Assembly (NCBI GenBank): GCA_030390025.1
Contig: CM059433.1
Coordinates: 7,876,001-7,940,000 of the forward strand
DNA: 64,000 nt
Origin: Squalus acanthias
Taxonomy: Eukaryota
Reading direction: 5' to 3'
Part shown: piece by piece, positions 41,582-53,901 of the stretch
Layout: each line of letters opens with the position of its first letter
Numbering within the stretch: position 1 is the first letter of the stretch
The notes under the pieces: model-generated
The model's input: only the letters and a program-made list of their open reading frames with translations
What the model was told of the DNA's origin: nothing
Databases searched by the model: none
Position numbers and translations under genes: made by a program

Positions 41582-41701
41582 TGTGATATCTTGAGACACA
41601 GCTTATATATACAACAGCACAACATGGCTTCCGGTAAGAACTGTACTGCATATGGCTTTATTATTATATACATCAGTAGTCCACCAGGTGGCTCTATTAC
41701 A
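41582..41701 (-). repeat. 5' LTR (120 bp)
   Basis: TGTGATATC..ATTACA; direct repeat of 35773-35892. Confidence 0.92.
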
Positions 41702-42172
41702 AACCCGATCCCCAAATCTTTTCCATGGAAAAGAAAGATCAAAAATCTCGAAATGTGACAGCGGATGTTCCAATCAGTTACGCCAGATTAACCGGTCTAA
41801 ATTGGATGTAACCAATCAGTAAAATAGACGGAGATCCATTATGCTAGATTTCCGCCATTTAGTATCGCATCCAATTTGGTTTTCTACTAAACCAGAAGCG
41901 CCTCCCGTCTGTACTGAACCTTCCAATGCCATTAGGTACCACTTCACTTAGTTTACTCTTGTGCCAACTTGAAATTCATCACATTCTTTAGCTAGTACCT
42001 CAGGGAACGCATGAATACAATCATCAGCTTCACCTTTGTGATGCATTGCAAAAGTGAATGCACCATGGCAAATGGACGGAGGGTATTAGAGATGTTCAAC
42101 ATGGTTTTTGTCTCATAAAATACAAACCAATGCATTTTTGCTGGTAACTGCAGTCGTGGACGCATTTCAAGT

Positions 42173-42432
42173 GTCAGCCTTTGGCTCACTGGTAGCACTC
42201 TTGCCTCGATGTCAGCAGGTTGTGGATTCAAGTCCCACTCCAGAGACTTATGTACATAACCTAGGCAAGCACATCCGTGCAGTACCGAGGGAGTGCTGTG
42301 CTGTCAGAGGTGTTGTCTTTTGGATGAGACGTCTGCTCTCTCAGGTGAATGTAAAAGATCCCACGGCACTATTCAAAGAAGATCAGGTGAGTTCTCCTGC
42401 TGTCCTGGCCAACATTTGTCCCTCAACCAACA
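42173..42432 (+). mobile_element. Partial DeuSINE (older, 3' truncated)
   Basis: tRNA head plus Deu core similar to the 34364 copy. Confidence 0.8.
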
Positions 42433-42880
42433 ATTAAAACCACGGCCACTCACTGGAACCAGTCTCTGGGCACATCCACAACCGACCGTACTTAATAAAG
42501 TTCACTCCTTACCACATTGCACTATACGTTCTGTATATTATGAATGTGTTAAAAATTGCAATTAGAAACAGAAATGATGAAAAGATTGCGAAATGGAGTG
42601 GAGTGGAGTAGTCCTTCCGGGTAGAACTCTGTCTCCAGTCAGCCAATCTTGGAGCAGCATTGAATGCAGCTGTGGAGATACGTCCAGGCTCTTGATTGGC
42701 AATTTAATAGTTTTATTTATTTCTTTTAATTCCCTTCAACATTATTCCAGCCAGTCTCTGAAATTCTAATTATCATTCTGTCCGTCCATCAAATATCAAT
42801 ATACAGTTTCAAGAGATACACAGATGATAGCAAATTTTTAACCTGTAATTTTTTAAAAATGCAATTAAAATTATGTTAGT

Positions 42881-43221
42881 TTTTTAAAATTTGTTTATGG
42901 GATGTGGTAGTCACTGGCAAGGCCAGCATTTATTGCCCATCCCTAGTTGCCCTTGAGAAGGTGGTGGTGAGCCGCCTTCTTGAACCGCTGCAGTCCGTGT
43001 GGTGAAGGTGCTCCCACAGTGCTGTTAGGGAGGGAGTTCCAGGATTTTGACCCAGCGACGATGAAGGATCGGCTGATATATTTCCAAGTCAGGATGGTGT
43101 GTGACTTGGAGGGGAACTTGGAGGTGGTGGTGTTCCCATGCGCCTGCTGCCCTGTCCTTCTAGGTGGAAGAGGTCGTGGGTTTGGGAGGCGCTGCCGAAG
43201 AAGCCTTGGCGAGTTGCTGCA
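42881..43221 (-). mobile_element. 5'-truncated CR1-group LINE 3' end
   Basis: Same family as 37326. Flanked by a GTTAGT duplication (42875-80 / 43222-27). Confidence 0.85.
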
Positions 43222-43556
43222 GTTAGTGGTAAATATAGAGAAAAATTAAAGTGTATTGCATCTCGCACTGTACAGCTTTTAAAAATCCAGCAACACTTAC
43301 ATTTGATCAATGGTATGCATGAGCAGAAACAATGAATGGCGATTGCAACCTTTAGCAGAGAGGATTGTTTAAACAGGTTGGCAATAGAACAACATCACAC
43401 ATACGTTTTGCTCCATATGCTGACAGCCTAAGGGTCATCATACAATGCAACATTATTATTTGGATACATTGTAGATCATTAGGTTGAATATTGCCATGGA
43501 TGACCAGTTCTAACTAAAAAGAAAGATTAGGCCAATACATTATATTCTACTTGATG

Positions 43557-44020
43557 AAGAAAGACTTGCATTTCTATAGCACCTTTCACGAACATCGGAC
43601 GTCTCAAAGCGCTTTACAGCCAATGAAGTACTTTTTGGAGTGTAGTCACTGTTGTAATGTGGGAAACGCGACAGCCAATTTACGCACAGCAAGCTCCCAC
43701 AAACAGCAATGTGATAATGACCAGACAATCTATTTTTTGTTATGTTGGTTGAGAGATAAATATTGGCCAGGATACCGGGGATAACTACCCTGCTGTTCTT
43801 CGAAGCAAAGTCATGGGAACTTTTACGTCCACCTGAGAGAGCAGACGTGGCCTCGGTTTAACATCTCATCCGAAAGATGACACCTCTGACAGTGCAGCAC
43901 TCCCTCAGCACTACATTGTCAGCCTAGCTTTGAATGTGCTCAAGTCCCTGGAGTGGGGACTTGAACCCACAACCTTCTAACTCAGGAGGCAAGTGTGCTA
44001 CCCACTGAGCCACAGCTGAC
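43557..44020 (-). mobile_element. Full-length DeuSINE
   Basis: Reverse complement of the 34364 and 61497 copies. Confidence 0.85.
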
Positions 44021-44122
44021 ACTCTGATGTATTAACCTAGCAGGTCATGGCCCTAAAAATGGTCCTTGGATATGATGAGCCTGGGCAGCTCATGCCTTTT
44101 TGTTGATTAAAACTTTTGATGT

Positions 44123-44415
44123 AGAATCATAGAATAACACAGCACAGAAGGGGGCCATTCGGTCCACTGTACCTGTGTTGGCTCTTTGAAAGAGCTATCC
44201 AATAGTCCCACTCCCCTGCTCTTTCCCCATAGCTCTGCAAGTTTTTCCTCTTCGAGTATTTATCCAATTCCCTTTTGTAAGTTACTGTTGAACCTGCTTC
44301 CACCACCCTTTCAGGCAGTGCATTCCAGATCATAAAAACACGCTGCATAAATTTTCCTCATGTCGCCTCTGGTTCTTTTGTCAATTACCTTGAATCTGTG
44401 TCCTCTGGTTACCAC
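44123..44415 (-). mobile_element. CR1 LINE 3' end
   Basis: QRVFMIWNALPERVVEAGS..KRELDKY; tail ATTCTATGATTCT. Confidence 0.85.
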
Positions 44416-44536
44416 CGAACCTTCTGTCACGTTTCAGATACTTATTTTAATCTGCACCCCTATTACAAAGTTTTATGCTTCTGTCTGAATGAAAGTATGA
44501 ATATAATGTTTTTCCTTTCTGACTGGTCCATCCTAG

Positions 44537-44695
44537 CCACCTGATATTATCAGTTAGTAGCCAATCACACTGCAGAACCGAAAAAAGAAAAGCGACCATG
44601 ACAATTCCCAACCAGCTTCACCGTCAATCTCTGTATCTGTCCGAGAGACACATACAGAAAGTGTTAGAAAACAGCTCGCCTTCCAGCTCGCCCCT
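44537..44695 (+). CDS. Candidate internal coding exon (phase 2-2): HLILSVSSQSHCRTEKRKATMTIPNQLHRQSLYLSERHIQKVLENSSPSSSP
   Basis: Pyrimidine-rich acceptor ..TTTCCTTTCTGACTGGTCCATCCTAG, strong donor CCT|GTGAGT, 159 nt open. Confidence 0.45.
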
Positions 44696-45009
44696 GTGAG
44701 TATAGACACCCAACCTTGCACCGTTGCCCCGCTCGTAACCCTTGCGGTTCCGGGCACGTGACCCCACCTGCCACCAGCCACCTTGCTTGCCATCCACTAC
44801 ATTTATACAGTGTGTCAGCCCTCGGCCTAGCCTGCCTTGTTCTGTCTCCTGTCCACTCGCTTTGTACCTTCCAACTGCCCTCAGGCCCAGCCTGCCTCTC
44901 AAGCCTTCGCTCCCTCCTGCCAGCTTTCGCCGTGTCCTCTGCCCGAGAGCAATGCTGAGAAGATACACCACATTTAGATTTAGTTCAACACACACAGACT
45001 GGAGTGTGT

Positions 45010-45496
45010 TAGAAACATAGAAAAATAGGAGCAGGAGTAGGCCATTCGGCCCTTCGAGCCTGCTCTGTCATTCAATATGATCATGGCTGATCCTCTATCT
45101 CAATACCATATTCCCGCTCTCTCCCCATACCCCTTGATGCCTTTTGTGTCTAGAAATCTATCTATCTCCTTCTTAAATATATTCAGTGACTTGGCCTCCA
45201 CAGCCTTCTGTGGCAGAGAATTCCACAGGTTCACCACCCTCTGAGTGAAGAAATTTCTCCTCATCTCAGTCCTAAATGTCCTACCCCATATCCTGAGACT
45301 GTGACCCCTCGTTCTAGACCCCCCAGCCAGGGGAAACATCCTCCCTGCATCCAGTCTGTCTAGACCTGTCAGAATTTTATACGTTTCAATGAGATCCCCT
45401 CTCATTCTTCTAAACTCTAGTGAATACAGGCCTAGTCGACCCAATCTCTCCTCATACCACAGTCCTGCCATCCCAGGAATCAGTCTGGTGAACCTC
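45010..45496 (-). mobile_element. CR1 LINE 3' end
   Basis: YEERLGRLGLYSLEFRRMRGDLIETYKIL..TRGHSL..FFTQRVVNLWNSLP. Confidence 0.92.
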
Positions 45497-46019
45497 TATG
45501 GCAAGGTAAGGAGTATATCTTTTCTTAGGTGTTTGAAAGGAATAACGTGTAGAACGGTGACATTATAAACCACAAAAGCAGAGTTCAAACAGTTTATTAA
45601 TTAATATTTATTAATATTTTACACCTATTGATGCATGTAATACTTTCTCAGCATGGGGAGTCTGGGGAGAAATTTAATATTCTTGGCTGTTTAGACGCCA
45701 AAATTTTGACTTTTGCTGATTTTAGCAAACATAGTAGTAAAAGGTGATGGAATGGAGATAAAATGATAAATATTCTGACTTCACATTCCAAGCAGCGATG
45801 CCTGCCACGAACGCATATCAGGAATTTGGGGATGGAAAATCCTGCAGGTCCTGCTGACCTCCGCGCCCAAGTTCCTGATACATGCTTCTGGCAGGTGAAG
45901 CTTTGCATCAGGAGCACAAATTCATTAAACTCCTGTTAGAAGTACCAATGGATTAATGAGGGTAACTGATGAAGTGAGATTTCATTCTTGTTGAAGTCAG
46001 AAGGTTCTGGAGTTCAAGT

Positions 46020-47299
46020 TGAGGAGGCTGTTAAAAAAGGCATACGGGATCCTTGGCTTTATAAATAGGGGCATTGGGGGCAAAATTGGGCCGCGACCCC
46101 TTTGAGGCGCTACTTTTAGCGGCCCGAAAAAGTTGGCGCCCCCGCGCCCGAAATTCACTGGTAGCCCCCCAAGAGGGAGGCGGGACGCTACTGGAAGCGC
46201 CCTGTCTCCTTCTTGGGGCGCTGCGAGGGAATATTGCGCTGCGGTACTGCAGGCCTTCCTCCCCTTATTAAAGGGGAGGGGCCTAGCGCAGTGCGACCCG
46301 GGGCCCAGCTGGGCCACCAGGGATCGGAGTGCCGGCAAAAGAACAAAAAAGCGCAGCCGGCACCCCACGGGCGGGGGGGGGGGGGGCTTCACAGGAGGCC
46401 GGGGGCAGGTGCTGGCAGGCGGCCAGAACAAAAATGGCCGCCCGGCCCCTCCCCTTTAATTTGCACTGCCCCGGCCGCACGTACGCCCCCCTGACCCTGT
46501 CGGACATGGTGTCCGGCGGTAAGACGGGGCGCTACCGAAGATCGAGGCCGGGGCGCTAACGGTTACTGCCGCTGCTAACCTCCCGCTGAATTTCGCAGGA
46601 GGCGTTAGCGGCGCCGCGCTCGGGCACTAGTTGCTTTGTGCCCCGTTAGCAGCGCTAATGGGAGGCGCAAATCAATTGAATATTTCTCCCGTAGAGTACA
46701 AGTAAGGAAGCTATGCTAATCCTTTATAAAACACTGGTTAGGCCTCAACTGGAGTATTGTGGCCTATTGTGGGCACCACACTTTAGGAAGGATGTCAAGG
46801 CCTTAGAGAGGGTGCAGCGGAAATTTACTAGAATGCTACCAGGGATGAAAGACTTCAGTCATGTGGAGAGACTAGAAAACCTGGGATTGTTCTCCTTACA
46901 GTAGAGAAGGTGAAGGGGAGATTTAATGGAGGTGTTCACATTAAGGAAGGGTTTTGATGGAGTAAATAAGGAGAGAATGTTTCTAGTGGCAGAAGGGTCG
47001 GCAACCAGAGGACACAGATTGAAGGTAATTGGCAAAAGATCCAGACGCGAAATGAGGAGAAAATTGTTTACGCAGCGAGTTGTTGAGTTGTGGAATGCGC
47101 TGCCTGAAAGGGTCGGTGGAAGCAGATTCAATAGTAACTTTCAAAAGGGGAATTGGATAAATACTTGAAGGGGAAAAGTTTACCGGGCGATGGGGAAAGA
47201 GTAGGGGGAATGGGACTAATTGGAGAGCTCTACCAAAGAGCCAGCACAGGATACGATGGGCTGATTGGCCTCCTTCTGTGCTGTAAGATTCTATGATTC
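46020..47299 (+). mobile_element. CR1 LINE 3' fragment interrupted by a MITE
   Basis: LYKTLVRPQLEYC..ERVQRKFTRM..TRGHRLK..FTQRVVELWNALP; tail GATTCTATGATTC. Confidence 0.9.
46077..46691 (-). mobile_element. GC-rich MITE, same family as 38420-39136
   Basis: Reverse-complement similarity along its length. Ends GGGGCAAAATT / ATATTTCTCCCG. Flanks TTG / TAG inside the host CR1 GGCATAGAGTAC site. Confidence 0.82.
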
Positions 47300-47860
47300 C
47301 CGCCGGTTCCTGCTCCCGCCCACCAAACCTGGGCAGCACAAGTCGGGAGGCAGCCATTTTGACCTTCCATTGAAAGAATTCTCAGCTGCAGTCAGTGAAA
47401 TCTGGAAGCAGGTTGGGCTTTATGTTCTCGCTGTTGCTTGTGGGTTTTGAGTGTTAAAGGCTTCCATGTCTGATCTTCTTGCTACCGTAGGGGCTACAAA
47501 AATGTTTGTTGCATTTTCTTAGCGGGTGCTTCTTATCTTTCCAGCTTTTCCACCCTCTATGTCGGCGAGCTGCCAATAGGGACCACGTTCCTGTGCTGGC
47601 CGTGCGCCGAATTATATTTAAATTAAGCCCCAACCACGGAAATGCCCCGGGAACCACGCTAACTCCCTCGGGTGGGCGTCGCGCATGCCCTGCCCGCTCC
47701 CTGCCTGATACACGCGGCACTCCAAAAATCCCCCACCAACCCCCTTCCCCCAAATGACCAAAAACATATCGAGTGCAATAAAACCTTAATCTCTTCATGA
47801 CCGACGCGCAAAGTGACGCCATCAGCGGGGTACGTTCTGAAATCACGCTGCCGCGCTTTT

Positions 47861-48338
47861 GAACATAAGAGCATAAGACGTAGGAGCAGGAGTCGGTCAT
47901 TCGGCCCCTCGAGCCTGCTCCGCCACTCAATAAGATCATGGCTGATCTGATCTTGGCCTCAACTCCACTTCCCTGCCCGCTCCCCATAACCCTGACTCCC
48001 TTATCGTTCAAAAATCTGTCTATCTCCACCCTAAATATATTCAATGACCCAGCCTCCACAGCTCTCTGGGGAAGAGAATTCCAAAGATTCACGACACTCT
48101 GAGAGAAGAAATTCCTCCTCATCTCCGATTTAAATGGGCGACCCCTTATTCTGAAATTATGCCCCCTAGTTCTGGATTCCCCACGAGGGGAAACATCCTC
48201 TCTGCATCTACCCTGTCAAGCCCCCTCAGTATCTTATATGTTTCAATAAGATCCCCTCTCATTCTTCTGAACTCCAATGAGTATAGGCCCAACCTGCTCA
48301 ACCTTTCGTCATAAGACAACCCCTTCATCTCCGGAATC
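47861..48338 (-). mobile_element. CR1 LINE 3' end
   Basis: GLSYDERLSRLGLYSLEFRRMRGDLIETYK; FFSQSVVNLWNSLP; tail TATGCTCTTATGTTC. Confidence 0.9.
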
Positions 48339-48746
48339 TTTTCGTGCTCAGAGCTAGATTTAATGGCAGCACCGAGACCTGGCGAAAACAGGTCTTCCTG
48401 GCTGGCACCCTGACAAAATCTGATAGTTAATGGGCTGCTTGCTGTGGGGAATGTGGAGCACATGAATTGGCATCTGAAAAATCAATATAAATAGTTGAGG
48501 ATAAGACAGGAAAGCTGATTGAAGAGGTTCAAACATGAAGTTGTGGGAAGTCTGTGAGAATAATGGTCATGGATTTGAGAGGATTTGACACAGAAAGCAG
48601 GCGGGGAGGCAGTTAACTTACCCACTCCTTTCCCACCCCACTCCAATTTTAGATTGCAGGTGGCAAGGACACTCCCCCCCCCCGCCCTCCTCCCAAGACG
48701 GTGGGATCTCTTTAAATATGTAGATTGGGCTTCGATGACTTCAGTT

Positions 48747-48957
48747 AGTGCCATGGTTTTATTTTATGTCTACCTGAGAGGGCAGACGGGGACCTCAGGT
48801 TAATGCCTCATCCAAAAGACGGCATCTCCGACAGTGCAGCACTCCCGCAGTACTACACTGGGAGTGTCGGCCGAGATGATGGGCTCGAGTCTCCTGGAGT
48901 GGGGCTCGAACCCACGACCTTTTGACTCAAGAGTGCTGCCACTGAGCCAAGGCTGAC
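48747..48957 (-). mobile_element. Partial DeuSINE (5' half)
   Basis: Head and Deu core motifs in reverse complement. Confidence 0.75.
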
Positions 48958-49974
48958 AACTATGAATGAAAGCAAAAAGCATGAAAAAGTGTTAAAGCAG
49001 TCACATACCAAAAAAAAAAGGAAGAAAACACAAAACAAGGAATGCTCGTCTCACCTCCGAGGAATACCTCTGCCCACGTCAAGCCCCAGATATTGCTGCA
49101 CCCAGTTGCCAGACAACAGGAAATTGAACTAATTTCACTCTTGCTCGAACTTGGGCCTTGCATCCCGCTCAATCCCCACTCTAGCTTTCGCTTTGCTTAC
49201 AGCCCTGCTCCCTAGTCCCATGTCGCCTTCCTGACTGCTCAGCTTCCCTGCGTGTGCTCTATTACCCAACTCACAGCTTCGCTCCATGGCTCACGTCCCG
49301 GAATACCCAAGAGCAACGCTGCAGGAGAACTGACGGCAGGTTTTTAAAAAATAGAATGCCGAACACACTGGCCCAGCCCCAGAAAGTGATATTGTTTCAG
49401 AGAAGCAGGGCGCGAAACAGCAATCATTTTTAACATTATAACAGAGGAAAATGCACAAGCACGATAAAAGTGCTCATTTTATTTTTAATCAGTGAGCCTC
49501 ATTTTTAAAGCCCAGTTTTACATTTGGTCTGGGGCTGCCAATTCCTAAACCCGCATTTGTGGTTTTTTAAAAGAACAACTTTTACCCGCACGTACCAGTG
49601 TTCAGTTTAGATGGTGATGTGTACTTTATGTCAATTTTAGTACGTGTGTAAAACTGTACCTGTGTTTTGCTTTAATGCTCCTAATACCGCATTCGGTTTA
49701 ATTCGAATGAATGATTAGAGGAAGGACTACAATCAGCCCCGAACCTGTGCACAATATATGCATTTTCCAGCATTCACAGAAAACTTCTCTTGGAAAACAA
49801 CGATCCTTTGTAAAATACTGGATGGACAAAGCTCAAAAACAAGGATTTTCCATTTATTTGATGCAGCGGTAATCGCTCTCGTTTATTGCTTAGAGTAGAA
49901 AGACTTGGTTGTCATAGTAACATAGCAGGGCCTCAAATGTTAAAACAGGATAAACTATTTTAAAGAGCACAAGT

Positions 49975-51240
49975 CTTTGATTCCAAGTCTGTGCTGAGTT
50001 AGACGATCCCAACTGGGGAAGCATTAAGGGCACGATGGTTAGTATCCCCGCCCCTGGGCTTGGGAGGACAAAACGGTCAGCCAGCTCCCAGCTCCCGTTC
50101 ATTAAACAGTGGCCACAGCAGAAAAGTACGTGTCTGTAGAGATCAGGGCCGGAACTTTCCCATAACGAAACGGGTGGGTTTGGAGCGTGGGGGCAGTTAA
50201 AGTGTTAAAAATGGGATTCCCGACCTGATCCCGCCTCCAACCCGCCCACGTCCGGTTTTGGCGATGGTGCGACGGGGGGGCGTGAGGGCGGGGCAGGGGG
50301 TGGGCGACCAACCCGCTCCCAGGGGGCGTTACCTCAATTTAAATATTGTAACGAGGCTGGAAGCCTCTGAATTTAACGGGCTGTGGACGGGTTTCACACA
50401 ATTCGTGAAACCCGGCAGTTAAAGCGAGGCGAGGACTGCTGCATCCAGGAGGTAAGTGGCTTTATACCCACCTCCTGGATCCAGGGTCCCGACCATACCC
50501 ACCCCCTGCGATCGGAGACCCCCCCCCACGGGGCCTCCGATCCCCACCCAACCGATGATGATGAGGCCGGCCATGATCCTCTGAACCCACTGCCGATCCT
50601 CCAACCACCGCACCTGCCGTGATCCCCGATTCCCTCCCACCCCCACGATCCATGCTTGCCTGCCGATCCCCGACCTCCCCGATCCCCGACTGCCCCCCCA
50701 TTGCCTGCCGATCCCCGAAACCCTGATCCCCTGCCGATCCTGCAAACTCCCCCTACCTATCCTCTCTCCACCCACCCCTCAATTGCCGACACCCCACGAC
50801 TGCCGACCCTTCCCCGCCGATTACTGAACCCCTCCCGATTCCCGAACTCCCCCCCTGCCGCCAATTGCCGACCCCCCCCACCCCAACGATCCCTCCCCCC
50901 GGACCGACCCCTCGCAACTGAGGCCTACCCGCCCGCAGCCAGCGAGCCTCTCAAGCTGGCTGGCTGCGGGCGGGAAACCAAGGCCTCGCATTCAAATCAG
51001 GCCCTGCCGGTAAAGTCGACAGGGCCTGCGGGGAAACCCGCCCTCCCGGGTTTCCCGTCCTCTTCGGAGGCCCCCCGCCCCCAACCCGCCTCCCCGAAGA
51101 AAATTCCGGCCCAGGTGTGGACGGCTTGGGCTTCTCTGTGATGCCCCCACAGTCAAATAGCCTGCCACAAAGAGGAAGCAGAGAGCCATTAGCGCCCATG
51201 GGCTCACGTCCCAGTGTCATCAGAAATGGGGGGGAGGGGG
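49975..51240 (+). mobile_element. Old SINE-like repeat split by the MITE at 50147-51111
   Basis: Left half resembles the 31985-32290 repeat. The flanks rejoin as GAGATCAGGTGTGGAC once the MITE is removed. Confidence 0.45.
50147..51111. mobile_element. 965-bp PIF/Harbinger-like MITE
   Basis: TIRs GGCCGGAACTTTC / GAAAATTCCGGCC. 3-bp TSD CAG (50144-46, 51112-14). Inverted subterminal G-rich motifs and internal CCGATCCC repeats. Confidence 0.85.
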
Positions 51241-51571
51241 GAGGGGGGAAATACCACAAGCTACAAAAATCATTGCTGGTCGGGCATTAGTTGCAGAAAT
51301 ATTATTGTAAACAATATTTGGATTTGGAGGGCATATAGCCTTGTTTGTGATTCCAGAATATTATAAACAGGCATGCGGTCATTGTTCATTCCAGTAATAT
51401 ATATCATGCAGCTCTATGTGGAGTGTAAGGGTGAATTGTGCTACTGAACAGAATGGTCTTATTGGCTGATTGCTCTGTACTGATTTATAACACCTTCTGC
51501 AACAGCTGTGCTGGTGAGTACTGAATAAATAAGTGGACCAGATCGAGCCGGACCGGTAATTATTATTTCAG

Positions 51572-51698
51572 AATGGCCCTCTTGAGCCCGCACTGTAGCA
51601 CACAGGGAGAGGGGAAAGGTGGCTCTCACTTGACACAAGCTGATCAGCCAGCATTCCACGTCGCTGCCGACTCAGGCGCAGGTTTCCAGAGTGACTGA
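51572..51698 (+). CDS. Candidate terminal coding exon: MALLSPHCSTQGEGKGGSHLTQADQPAFHVAADSGAGFQSD*
   Basis: Acceptor TTATTATTTCAG. Only the phase-2 frame is open, matching the 44695 donor phase. Stop at 51696-98. Confidence 0.3.
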
Positions 51699-52439
51699 TG
51701 TCACGATCCACGAGAGAGGGGTGTGACAAATGCCAACAGTCCATCAGCTGCATTCACCTCCGAAAGGGAGTTGGACAGAGAAACGCGATGATTGCGTTGA
51801 GCATTGAGAAAGTCCGGAGTGAACATTTTACTTGGGTTAAAAGTACTTGGATATCAAAAAAAAAATGACATTTTGAAACCACACACTGAATCACTCCCTT
51901 GCCTGGTCATTTCCGGGTTTTTTTCTCCCCTTTTTAAAATTAGTGGTTTGTTACAGTTTCAGTTTATAGTTTATATTTAATTTCAAAAATTCTGGAATAT
52001 ACATATCAATATACGAATCCTGCCAATCAGGACCGTACTGGAATCAGCCAATGCAGCATATCATTAGCACACTTTCCATGCTTTCTTCATGAAGTTTGCA
52101 CTCTCTCTGTTTAAACATACCCGACGCAATATGATATATGTGATCGTCACTCTGCTCATTTATTAGTTTGTTCCTTCTGCTCATTAGCTCAATTCACACA
52201 AACACTGAAATTCCGTACACGGTGCGTGGAGAGAGCGGCAGCACAATGAAGCTATTTATTTCCTTTATTATACTGGAAGTTGAAGCTAAATATTCAACAA
52301 GAATTCTGTTTCACCATCCCCATTAGAACGGAAAAAAAGAGTTAACTCCTTATCAGTGTAATTAACTCTTTGAGGACCGGCAGGTTTTCATAATCTGCTG
52401 TTTTAGTTTAGCTTTGCTTTCAACTCTGTTGTGCCTGAA

Positions 52440-53320
52440 TGTCCATGTTTGTATCGGTGGCCATTTGTGTGCATGTGTATGTTCATGCGTGTATATACAG
52501 GAGTTTGCATGTGTGTGCATGGATGTATCCATTTGTGTATATAAATGAGTGTGTGTGCGAGTGTATCTATGCCTGTGTGTGCTATTTTGTGCATGTGTGT
52601 ATTTGTGGATGTTTGTGTGTATATATCTATGTATTATTTTTAAATTCGTTTAGGTGATGCGGGCGTCGCTGGCAAGGCCAGCATTTATTGCCCATCCCTA
52701 GTTGCCCTTGAGAAGGTGGTGGGGAGCCGCTGCAGTCCGTGTGGTGAAGGTGCTCCCACAGTGCTGTTAGGGAGGGAGTTCCAGGATTTTGACCCAGTGA
52801 CGATGAAGGATCGGCGATATGCTTCCAAGTCAGGATGGTGTCTGACTTGGAGGGGAACTTGGAGGTGGTGGTGTTCCCATGCGCCTGCTGCCCTTGTCCT
52901 TCTAGGTGGTAGAGGTCGCGGGTTTGGGAGGTGCTGCCGAAGAAGCCTTGGCGAGTTGCTGCAGTGCATCTTGTAGATGGTACACACTGCAGCCACGGTA
53001 CACCGGTATGTGTGTGTCTATGTATGTGAATCTCCGTGTGAGTATATGTGTGTGTGTGTGAATATACATATATATATGTATGTTCTTATATGTGCTTGCA
53101 TGTGTTTGTGTATATGTTTATCTGTGTATGTGTGTGATTCTGTTTTCGTGTGCTTGTGTATATGCCCGTGTGTATGTATATTTGTGTGTAAGTGTATATG
53201 TATGTCTGTGGGCGTGAGTGTGTATATGTATATTTGCGTATATCTCTATGTGTATATGAATGTGTATGTCTGTGTGTTTATGTGTGCATTGTACGTCTGT
53301 ATGCTTTTATGTATGAATGT
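52440..53320. repeat. Degenerate (TG/TA)n low-complexity tract split by a LINE
   Basis: GTGTGTATAT-type sequence at 52440-52632 and 53008-53320. Confidence 0.9.
52637..53007 (-). mobile_element. 5'-truncated CR1-group LINE 3' end
   Basis: AAVCTIYKMHCSNSPRLLRQHL; same family as 37326 and 55115. Confidence 0.88.
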
Positions 53321-53901
53321 CCTTTTTCAAAATAGAAGAGTAGCAAAATAGACACTTGGAGATGGACTATCTTCAATTTGCCATTGAACTGGTTAGCTGA
53401 CGTTGACCTGGAGAAAATTGGGCTCAGAAATGGGTGGATTAGACCATGTTTAATTGGCAGCCATGCACTCTTCTTTATAACTTATAAGGAATAGTACCAT
53501 AAAAGAAAGAATTTAACACGGTGAAACGTGCAAACAAAAGTCAAACTTAAATTTTACATTGTTAAAGATGCCATTTGGGGCCAATTTCTCTCCAGTCCCG
53601 CTTCCATCGGAACCTGATGGCAACACTGTTGTAGCATCTAGTAGTTACATTAAAAACTTAGGTCCCAAATTCCTGGGGCGGGGGGCAGGGGGCGGGGGGC
53701 AGGGGGCACGGTCTGTTCTGTTCTCCTGTTTGCTCATGGGGCAGTTGGAGACCCCATCACAAGTCCTGAGGATGGGGTTATTTGCAAGACCAGGGCGCTA
53801 TTCCGATGGCAGAGAGAAGGCCTGGCGAGGTCCTGAAGAAAATCCTCTCCACGTATTCTGCAGGCCTCAGGGATCAATGACCTTACTCTAGTAAAGGGCT
53901 A

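Larger units (their letters stand above)
35773..41701 (-). mobile_element. Full-length decayed Ty3/Gypsy LTR retrotransposon (Mag-like features)
   Basis: Paired 120-bp TG..CA LTRs, PBS, PPT, gag-PR-RT-RH-IN domain order, probable 5-bp TSD AATCC/AACCC. Frameshifts and two nested insertions. Confidence 0.95.

Noticed and set aside
52403..53351. Cys/Val- or His/Thr-rich ORFs
   Set aside because: Translations of a degenerate TG/CA microsatellite.
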